Part shown: positions 31,335 to 38,515 of the stretch, piece by piece
How positions within the stretch are numbered: position 1 is the first letter of the stretch
How the letters are laid out: every line of letters begins with the position of its first letter
Notes under the pieces: generated by a model
What the model was told of the DNA's origin: nothing
Databases searched by the model: none
Seen by the model: the letters and a program-made list of their open reading frames with translations, nothing else
Assembly (NCBI GenBank): GCA_030693515.1
Contig: JAUYAK010000005.1
Coordinates: 3,739-67,738, forward strand
Length of the DNA: 64,000 bases
Direction: 5' to 3'
DNA from: Opitutaceae bacterium
Lineage (GTDB): Bacteria > Verrucomicrobiota > Verrucomicrobiia > Opitutales > Opitutaceae
Made by a program: the position numbers and the translations under genes

Positions 31335-32387
31335 CTAGGCGGTCTTCACCGGCACCGTGGCGCCGGCCACGAGCCGCTTGATCACGTCGTCGACCTTGGT
31401 GCCTTCGGCCTCGGCGCGGTAGTTGAGGAGGATGCGATGCCGTAGCACCGGGACGGCGAGCGCCTGGATGTCCTCGATCGTCACGTGGGCGCGGCCGCGC
31501 AGGAGCGCGCGGGCCTTGGCCCCGAGGATGATGAACTGCCCGGCGCGCGTGCCCGCGCCCCAGCTCACCCACTCGTTGACGAAGTCCGGCACCCCGGGCT
31601 GATGCGGGCGGGATGACGCCACGAGCTGCACCGCATAGCGCACCATCTCCTCGGCGACGGGCACCTTGCGCACGAGATCATGGAAGGACTGCACATCCTC
31701 GCCGGTGAACAGCGCCTCGATGGCTGCGGGCCGGCCCGCGGTCGTCTGCGCGACGACCTTCACCTCGTCGTCGATCGGCAGGTAGTCGATCACGACGTTG
31801 AACATAAAGCGATCGAGCTGCGCCTCCGGGAGCGGATAGGTGCCCTCCATCTCGATTGGATTCTGCGTGGCGAGGACGAAGAAGGGCTCCTCGAGCGGAT
31901 GGCGCACGCCCGACGCCGTCACCTGGTGCTCCTGCATCGCCTCAAGCAAGGCCGCCTGCGTCTTCGGCGGCGTGCGGTTGATTTCGTCGGCGAGGAGCAT
32001 GTTGGCGAACACGGGGCCGCGAACAAAGGTGAGCTGGCGTCCGCCCTCCGGCGTGTCCTGGAGAATCTCCGTGCCGGTGATATCGGCCGGCATGAGGTCG
32101 GGCGTGAACTGGATGCGCTGGAACTTCAGGTGGAAGATCTGCGCGATGGATTTCACGAGCAGGGTCTTCGCGAGACCGGGCGCGCCCGTGATCAGGCAGT
32201 GGCCGCCCGCGAGCAGCGCGATCAGGATCTGTTCGATCACGTCCTTCTGGCCGATGATCACCTTGCCGAGCTCGGCCTCGATGCGGGCGCGGCCGGCGAT
32301 GAGACGCTCGGCGGCGGCGCGCTCGGCCTCGAAAGGACTCGCGGGTGGAATCGGGGGCGGGGTGGCGGTGGTGGGGGCGATGCTCAT
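31335..32387 (-). CDS. MoxR-family AAA+ ATPase
   Basis: Walker A GAPGLAKT, Walker B LLADEINR, and typical MoxR length (350 aa). Directly upstream of DUF58. Confidence 0.92.
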   Translation of the reverse strand: MSIAPTTATPPPIPPASPFEAERAAAERLIAGRARIEAELGKVIIGQKDVIEQILIALLAGGHCLITGAPGLAKTLLVKSIAQIFHLKFQRIQFTPDLMPADITGTEILQDTPEGGRQLTFVRGPVFANMLLADEINRTPPKTQAALLEAMQEHQVTASGVRHPLEEPFFVLATQNPIEMEGTYPLPEAQLDRFMFNVVIDYLPIDDEVKVVAQTTAGRPAAIEALFTGEDVQSFHDLVRKVPVAEEMVRYAVQLVASSRPHQPGVPDFVNEWVSWGAGTRAGQFIILGAKARALLRGRAHVTIEDIQALAVPVLRHRILLNYRAEAEGTKVDDVIKRLVAGATVPVKTA

Positions 32388-32397
32388 GAGAGAGGGA

Positions 32398-32429
32398 CTA
32401 AGGGATCAAAAGACGAAGGGACCAAAAGA
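32398..32429. repeat. tandem 16-mer x2 in the moxR 5' leader region
   Basis: ctaagggatcaaaaga (32398-32413) is followed by cgaagggaccaaaaga (32414-32429), 13/16 identical, immediately upstream of the moxR ATG (32387, - strand). Confidence 0.8.
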
Positions 32430-32460
32430 TGGGAGGACGCGGGACGGAGCCGAAGGTTTG

Positions 32461-32496
32461 TGGTCCTTTGGTCACTTGGTCCATGGTCCGTTGGTC
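32461..32496. repeat. five phased TGGTC (GACCA on the mRNA strand) repeats, 7-8 nt period
   Basis: TGGTC occurs at 32461, 32469, 32477, 32484 and 32492, just downstream of the DUF4159-B stop codon (32506-32508). Confidence 0.8.
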
Positions 32497-32505
32497 GCTT
32501 AGTCA

Positions 32506-33483
32506 TCAGTGCGTCATCAGATAAAAGATCAGGTTCACGCCGATCGGATAGGAGACGCGCTCGGAGAAGACGGCGAAGTAGTCGGGCTGTTCGCCCTCGC
32601 GCTCCCAGCCGTCGGTGATGTCGGTGTTGTGAAAGGCGATGGCCATGATGCGGCCCTTGTCGTCGTTGAGCGTGCGCACGCTGACCTTTTGCGAGCCCTC
32701 GCCCCGGTCGATCTGGATGGGGGAATCCGGGTCGTTGGGATCGTGGTCGCGTTTCCAAAACTGCATGGTCGGAACCTGGATTCGCTGCATGGGCCCCTTC
32801 AAATCGAAGACGCAGTGGAAGAGCGGATGATCGAAGGTGAGCTCGGTCCATTCGCGCTCGGGGAGCACTTTCTTCATCTGCGCGGCGAAGCCAGCCCACT
32901 CGGTGCTATTCCAGAAATCGATCACGGCGAGGACCCCGCCGGCGAGGAGGTATTTGCGCAGCCCCGCGACTTCCGGCTCCTTGAGGAGCATGTAGCCGGG
33001 ATGCTCCATGAGGAGAAACGGGTAGTTGTGCAGGTCGGGATTGTTGAGCTTGAGCACCCGGCCCTCGGGGTCCGTGCGCATCGAGGTCATTTGCTGGAGG
33101 CGATAGGAGAGATTGAGATCGGCGTCGGGGAAATCGACCCACCAGCCGAGCCGCCGGCCGCGACCGTAGCCGGGCGCGAGGTTGGGGCCGACCTTGAAAA
33201 TCGCCCGGGCAAAGGTGAACACGTCCTTCTCGAAGCCGCGCGGATTTTCCCACATCGGCGTGCCGGTGCTGTGCGAGGCGACTTCGCGGGCCGTCTTGAC
33301 CTGATCCTCGTCGATCACGCCGCTGCCCTCGGTGCGCACGAGCGAGCCGCCGAGATCGTTTTCGTTGCCCCAGCCGCCCCAGCCGGGCGGAGGTCCGCCG
33401 CTGCCGCCCCGCGGCGGACGCACCGGCTGCGCCACGAGCGCGGCACAGAGCCCGGCGAAGAGGAGGTGAACGCGGCAGATCAT
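32506..33483 (-). CDS. DUF4159 domain protein (copy B)
   Basis: Signal peptide. Blocks WENPRGFEKDVFTFARA, DADLNLSYRLQQMTSMR and GGVLAVIDFW. Clear paralogue of the upstream gene. Confidence 0.8.
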   Translation of the reverse strand: MICRVHLLFAGLCAALVAQPVRPPRGGSGGPPPGWGGWGNENDLGGSLVRTEGSGVIDEDQVKTAREVASHSTGTPMWENPRGFEKDVFTFARAIFKVGPNLAPGYGRGRRLGWWVDFPDADLNLSYRLQQMTSMRTDPEGRVLKLNNPDLHNYPFLLMEHPGYMLLKEPEVAGLRKYLLAGGVLAVIDFWNSTEWAGFAAQMKKVLPEREWTELTFDHPLFHCVFDLKGPMQRIQVPTMQFWKRDHDPNDPDSPIQIDRGEGSQKVSVRTLNDDKGRIMAIAFHNTDITDGWEREGEQPDYFAVFSERVSYPIGVNLIFYLMTH

Positions 33484-33485
33484 GG

Positions 33486-34358
33486 TCAGTGGGTCATCGC
33501 GTAGAAGATGACGTTGATGCCGAGGGGATACGCGATCTTCTCGGAGAAGTTCTTGAAGTAGTATTCATACTCGCCCTCGCGCTCCCACCCGTCGCCGTTG
33601 TCGGTGTTGTGCGCGGCAAAGACCATCATGCGGCCCTTGTCGTCGTGAATGGCGCGATGATGGACGGTGCGCGTGTCGCCGTCGTGGTTTTCCCAGGTGA
33701 CCCCCGTATGCTGGCTCTCCTCGCCGGTGCGGACGTTGGGCACCTGGCCCTTGCTCTTGATTTCGAAGACGCAGTGGTAAACCGGATGATCGAGCGACAG
33801 TTCCCCGAACGAACGATCAGGAAAGACGCGCTTCATCTCGCGCTCCACATTTCTCCAAGCCGAGTCACCCCAGAAGTCGTCGAACATGAGGAAGCCGCCG
33901 TTGAGGAGGTATTTTCGCAGCGCCACGACCTCCGCGTCGCTGAACGAGAGGCTGCCGGGCTCGACAATGTAAATCCAAGGAAACGAACCGAGGTCGTCAT
34001 CGGTGAGGTTGATGAAACGCCCGTCCGGGTTGGTGCGGATCGAGGTCATCTGCTGCAAGCGATATGAGAGGTTGAGATCGCTGTCCGGCGTGTCCGTCGT
34101 CCAGCCCGGGCCGCGCATGCGGTAGTAGCCGCCGCCGCTGTTGTAGCGGGCCCGGGTGAAGGTGAAGACATCCTTCTCGAAGCCGCGGGTATTTTCCCAC
34201 GTGGGTGTGCCGGTGCTGTTAGTCGGTATTTCCCGCGGAGTGCGCACGGTGTCCGCGTTCACGCCGCCCTCGGTAAAGGAACGGCCGAAACGTCGCTGAG
34301 CCAGGAGGAGGCCGGAGCAAAGCACCGCAAACGCGACGAAAAGGGCGAGTCGCTTCAT
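33486..34358 (-). CDS. DUF4159 domain protein (copy A)
   Basis: Signal peptide. Blocks WENTRGFEKDVFTFTRA, DSDLNLSYRLQQMTSIR and GGFLMFDDFW. ATGA overlap with the TPR gene (34355-34358). Confidence 0.8.
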   Translation of the reverse strand: MKRLALFVAFAVLCSGLLLAQRRFGRSFTEGGVNADTVRTPREIPTNSTGTPTWENTRGFEKDVFTFTRARYNSGGGYYRMRGPGWTTDTPDSDLNLSYRLQQMTSIRTNPDGRFINLTDDDLGSFPWIYIVEPGSLSFSDAEVVALRKYLLNGGFLMFDDFWGDSAWRNVEREMKRVFPDRSFGELSLDHPVYHCVFEIKSKGQVPNVRTGEESQHTGVTWENHDGDTRTVHHRAIHDDKGRMMVFAAHNTDNGDGWEREGEYEYYFKNFSEKIAYPLGINVIFYAMTH

Positions 34359-36937
34359 GGCTGCTTGAGCGGGACCGGCACCGCCTCCAGCGGGGCCTGG
34401 GTGCGCGCGCGTTCGAGGTCGAGGAGGAGCCGGAGAGCGGCGCGGTAGCGCGGCGTGTCCTCGAGCGCGAGCAGGACATGGTGGCGGGCCTCGCCGTCAT
34501 CGCCGCGCTTGTGCAGCAGGCTCGCGAGTTGGAAATGGCCATCGGCGCGCTCCGGCACATCAAGCTGGAGGAGCGTGCGCCAGGCGACCACGGCCGCCGA
34601 GTCGTCGCCACTGCCAGCGGCGGCTTGGGCGAGATAGCGGTAGGGCGCGGGCACGAGCGGGTTGACGGCCAGGTAGCGCTCAGAGTTTCGCCGCACGGTC
34701 GCCCAGTCCTGCTCGGCCGCCGCCAGTTCCATAAGGCGGGCGTAGGCCTCGGGCGCCTCGTCGTCGGCGGCGGCCCACGCCTCGAGCACGCGGCGCTCGC
34801 CCACCGTGTCGCCCAGCGCCTTGAGCGCCGAGACGAGCGCGCGGAAAGCGGAATCGCCGCCCTTCTGCCGCGGATAAAGCTCGATCAGGCGCTCAAGCGG
34901 GCCTCGGGCGTCGGCCCAGTTCTGCTTCTCCATCGCACGCTGCGCCTCGTGGCGCAGGAACCAATAGTTGTCGGGGTGTTTCCGGCCCCACTCGGCCAGC
35001 TTGGCGTCGGCCCCGGGCGCGAGCAGTTCGGGGTCGATGCGCGTCCAATCGAGGCCCGGGGCGAGCTTCTCGGCGCGCTCCCGCGCGTAGGCCGCAAAGT
35101 CCTTCTCCAGCTCCGGCATCGGGATGGTGTGCTTGGCGAGGGCGACGTTGATTTCCATCCCGGTGCGCAGATCGGCGAGGATGCCGCGGATTTTTTCGAG
35201 GCCGAAGCGCCCCACGATGAACTCCACGACCAGCGCCGATTGCAGGTAGGCAAACTGCAGGTGGCGCGCCGTCTTGGGCGCGAGGAAGGCCGCGCTCAGG
35301 CGGCTCACCGGCACCAGATCGTCGCCGGCGAGCATCTCCCGGTATTTCGCGTCCAGCCGCATGCCCCATGATGGATCGGCCTGCCATTCCTCGTAAACGG
35401 AGATGCCTTCGCTCAGCCAGCGCGGCATTTTATTCTTCGTCATTTGCAGCGTCACGACATGGCAGAACTCGTGCCACAGGACGGACTCCCAATTCGTGGG
35501 CGAGCTGGCGGTCGCCGGGCTGTTGGCGGTGACGACTCGCCCGAAACACACGCCGAGGAACCCCGACACGTCGGGCAGCCCGAAGGTGCGCACGGCAAAG
35601 TCGCGCTGGTCCGCGAAAATCTCGATGTAGGTGGGCTTGGCGAGTTCGGCGCCGTATTTCGTGACGAGCACATCCTTGGCGCGGCGCAGCAGGGCGAGCA
35701 CGCGCGGACCATAGATTGCGACCTCGGGCGCGGCCATGCGGATGACGAAATCCTCGGTCTGCATCGCGGCATACTTCTTCATCGTGTCCTGGAGCGTCAC
35801 GAGGTTGAAGGCTTCGACATCATACTCGTCCCGATCGTGCACGGCCTGGGCGAGCGCCCAGCCCTCCTTATCCTCGCCGAGCCGGAGCAGATCGCTGGCG
35901 AGCTGGGCCATGGCCGGCAGGTAGGAAGGATCAGCCTCGCGGGCGCGGCGCTGGTAGGCGGCACCCTCGGCAAACCGGTATTTGGCGGAGAGCTTCTCGC
36001 CGATGAGATGATCGACCCGCGGATTGCGCGGCCAGGAGCTGAGCGCCCGATCGCGCGCGAAGGCCTCCCCTTCGGGATCGTTCTTCAGGTGCGCGATCAC
36101 CGCGCGATAGGCCCAGGCGTCGGGTTGCACGGGATTCACCGCGATGATCTCGTCGAGGACCTTGCCGGCCTCGGCGTAGGATTCGGAATCGATGTGATGG
36201 CTGACAAACTGGAGCAGCGTCGGCACGTGGCGCGCATTGACCTTGAGCGCCGCCTGGAGCGACGCGATCGCCACCGACCGATCACCACCGGCGTAGGCGC
36301 GACCGCGGCCACTGAGCAAATCCGGATCCTCGGGCAACTGCTTCAGGCCCTCCTCAAAAGCCTTGGCCGCGAGCGCATAGTCGTGCTTTTCCAGCGCGAG
36401 TTCGCCCCGCGCGCGATAGACCTCGCGGAGCTTGGGGTCGGCCTTCTGCACGGTCGCGAAGACTTTTTCGAGCACGTCCTTGGGGTCGTAGCCGGGCACG
36501 AGCAGCGCGGCGCGGCCGAACACCAGGAAATCCGCCGGCGCACGGTATTGCCACCCGCTGTCGCGCACCGCGGCGATGATGTCTTTGACGAACCGCGCCG
36601 CCTCCTCGGGCCGCCCATTGGCCAGGGCCACCTCACGCGCCTGCCAGCGCAGGCGGATGCTGCGGGTGTCGCGCAGGAGCGCGGCCTTCATCACCGTGTC
36701 CGCCTCGGGATAGCGGCCGACCTCAAGCAGGGCGCGCGCGAGCAGCATCGACCACTCGGTCTGGCCGGGGCCGTCGCCGATCTCACCTTGGGCAAGCTTG
36801 ATGACGGCGGCATGGTTGCCGGCGAGGAGGGCGCGCTGGGCCTCGGCGACCTCCGCGCCTTGCGCAGTGGCGACCGAAACCGAAAGCATCGCCAGCAGCG
36901 CGACCAGACGCGAAGGGAAGCGGCGGAGAAAATTCAT
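34355..36937 (-). CDS. TPR-repeat protein with internal peptidase-MA-like (HExxH) domain
   Basis: ATG at 36937 (MNFLRR..., signal peptide). The ORF-track start at 36949 is TTG. Zinc motif LWHEFCHVV followed by WLSEGISVYEE. TPR-like helical repeats lie on both sides. Confidence 0.8.
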   Translation of the reverse strand: MNFLRRFPSRLVALLAMLSVSVATAQGAEVAEAQRALLAGNHAAVIKLAQGEIGDGPGQTEWSMLLARALLEVGRYPEADTVMKAALLRDTRSIRLRWQAREVALANGRPEEAARFVKDIIAAVRDSGWQYRAPADFLVFGRAALLVPGYDPKDVLEKVFATVQKADPKLREVYRARGELALEKHDYALAAKAFEEGLKQLPEDPDLLSGRGRAYAGGDRSVAIASLQAALKVNARHVPTLLQFVSHHIDSESYAEAGKVLDEIIAVNPVQPDAWAYRAVIAHLKNDPEGEAFARDRALSSWPRNPRVDHLIGEKLSAKYRFAEGAAYQRRAREADPSYLPAMAQLASDLLRLGEDKEGWALAQAVHDRDEYDVEAFNLVTLQDTMKKYAAMQTEDFVIRMAAPEVAIYGPRVLALLRRAKDVLVTKYGAELAKPTYIEIFADQRDFAVRTFGLPDVSGFLGVCFGRVVTANSPATASSPTNWESVLWHEFCHVVTLQMTKNKMPRWLSEGISVYEEWQADPSWGMRLDAKYREMLAGDDLVPVSRLSAAFLAPKTARHLQFAYLQSALVVEFIVGRFGLEKIRGILADLRTGMEINVALAKHTIPMPELEKDFAAYARERAEKLAPGLDWTRIDPELLAPGADAKLAEWGRKHPDNYWFLRHEAQRAMEKQNWADARGPLERLIELYPRQKGGDSAFRALVSALKALGDTVGERRVLEAWAAADDEAPEAYARLMELAAAEQDWATVRRNSERYLAVNPLVPAPYRYLAQAAAGSGDDSAAVVAWRTLLQLDVPERADGHFQLASLLHKRGDDGEARHHVLLALEDTPRYRAALRLLLDLERARTQAPLEAVPVPLKQP

Positions 36938-37088
36938 TCGGGGAGGCAAAGCCGGCGGGGAAGACGCAGACGGCGTGAAAGAGTGATGCGAGGCACTTTG
37001 CTTTTCTCAAGCCTGACAGTGAAAGAGTTATTGCCAGACGATCTCACGCCGCCAAGTGGTCGCGGCGTTCGCGTCGCATCGCATTCGC

Positions 37089-37099
37089 GCTGGCTGCCC
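37089..37099. repeat. 11-bp direct repeat of the tRNA-Gln 3' end (candidate distal att remnant)
   Basis: CTGGCTGCCCG at 37089-37099 is identical to 41508-41518, which covers the last 10 nt of tRNA-Gln (including CCA) plus 1 nt. Same orientation. The two copies bracket the lower-GC islet. Confidence 0.4.
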
Positions 37100-37270
37100 G
37101 GCGGGGATAAAATCGAGAACTTTTGAGGCGAATCAAACGCTTGGGGACGTCACAGGACTTAGCAGAGGGTTGATGAAGCCGCCACGGCCGTTACGGACCT
37201 CGAACGGTCTCCGGAGCTAGCGAAAATCTCAGTCCACCCTGTGGCGGAATCGATGGAAACGAGATGCTCG

Positions 37271-37304
37271 CTTATTTCCCTATTTAGATGTTGATGGAAA
37301 TAAG
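37271..37304. promoter_or_regulatory. inverted repeat just upstream of fic (possible operator)
   Basis: CTTATTTCC (37271-37279) and GGAAATAAG (37296-37304) are separated by 16 nt of AT-rich spacer, about 20 nt upstream of the fic ATG. Confidence 0.3.
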
Positions 37305-37324
37305 TCGCCTGCTTGTTTCCACCC

Positions 37325-38515
37325 ATGAAAACAAGCCCCGCGCCCGCGCCGGCGGGACGCTGGATCAAAACCTTGGCGGGCTACCGAGCCTTCCGGCCCT
37401 CTCCGCTACCACCGGCCATTGCATGGACGCCGCAATTGGTCCGCGTCCTTTCGCAGGCGGATCGCTTGCTGGGACGTCTCGCGGGTGAAGGACGACGACT
37501 CCCTAATCCTCATTTGCTCATACGACCGTTCGTCTGTCGCGAAGCCGTTTACTCCAGCCGGATCGAGGGCACGCAAGCTACATTGGGCGAATTGCTGGCC
37601 GCGGAGGCCGGAGCGATTCCCGAACGCAGCCCGGAAGAATTGCGCGAAGTGGGCAATTACGTCGCGGCTTTGGAGCACGGCATGAAACGACTGAAGACGC
37701 TGCCGCTTTCGCTCCGCCTGGTTCGCGAGCTGCACCAGAAACTAATGACTGGAGTCCGGGGTGACCATGCGACGCCCGGAGAATTTCGCCGGACCCAGAA
37801 TTGGATCGGCCGTCCAGGTTGCACGCTTGCGGATGCGTCCTACGTGCCGCCCCCGCCTGACGATCTCCTGGAGCACCTCGGCCACTGGGAGGATTTCTTG
37901 CACGATGAAACGATTCCTCCGCTCGTGCATGCCGCCTTGATGCACTACCAGTTCGAAGCCATTCACCCGTTCATTGATGGCAACGGTCGCGTCGGACGAT
38001 TGCTCATCACCCTTTCCCTGTGTGCGCGCGACGTGCTGCCCGATCCGCTCCTGTATCTGTCGGCCTTTTTTGAAGCGACGAGAAAGGACTATTATGAAGG
38101 TCTGCGCGGGATCACGGAGCGGGGCGATTGGACAGGTTGGATCGAATACTTCCTCAACGGCGTGGCTCGTCAGTCGGAAGATGCCCTGAGTCGCGCGGAA
38201 CGGATCAACCAGCAGCTGGCCACTTGGCGAGAAGACTTCGCGGGGGGCGGCTCGAAGGTTCCGCTGCAACTCATCGACCTCATCGGGGCCAATCCCTTCC
38301 TCACCCCGCGTGAGACCGAGCGCCGGTTGGGCGTGGCCTACAACACCGTGATGCGTGCCATCATCGCATTGGAAGCCGGTGGTGTTTTAGCCAAGGTGGG
38401 CGAAGGCCAGCGCGACCGCGTTTTTTGCGCCCGTGCGATTCTCGACATTCTGGATGAGCCGGCCCGCTTGGTCCCGGAACCTCCCTCGACGCCTCATCGG
38501 AAAAGCCGCGGATAA
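37325..38515 (+). CDS. Fic-family protein (Fic_N + Fic core + C-terminal wHTH), predicted autoinhibited AMPylase
   Basis: Canonical Fic motif HPFIDGNGRVGR. N-terminal inhibitory-helix motif SSRIEG, i.e. (S/T)xxxE(G/N). ATG at 37325 (the ORF-track start at 37313 is TTG). Its stop TAA shares one nt with the next ATG (TAATG at 38513-38517). Confidence 0.9.
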   Translation: MKTSPAPAPAGRWIKTLAGYRAFRPSPLPPAIAWTPQLVRVLSQADRLLGRLAGEGRRLPNPHLLIRPFVCREAVYSSRIEGTQATLGELLAAEAGAIPERSPEELREVGNYVAALEHGMKRLKTLPLSLRLVRELHQKLMTGVRGDHATPGEFRRTQNWIGRPGCTLADASYVPPPPDDLLEHLGHWEDFLHDETIPPLVHAALMHYQFEAIHPFIDGNGRVGRLLITLSLCARDVLPDPLLYLSAFFEATRKDYYEGLRGITERGDWTGWIEYFLNGVARQSEDALSRAERINQQLATWREDFAGGGSKVPLQLIDLIGANPFLTPRETERRLGVAYNTVMRAIIALEAGGVLAKVGEGQRDRVFCARAILDILDEPARLVPEPPSTPHRKSRG

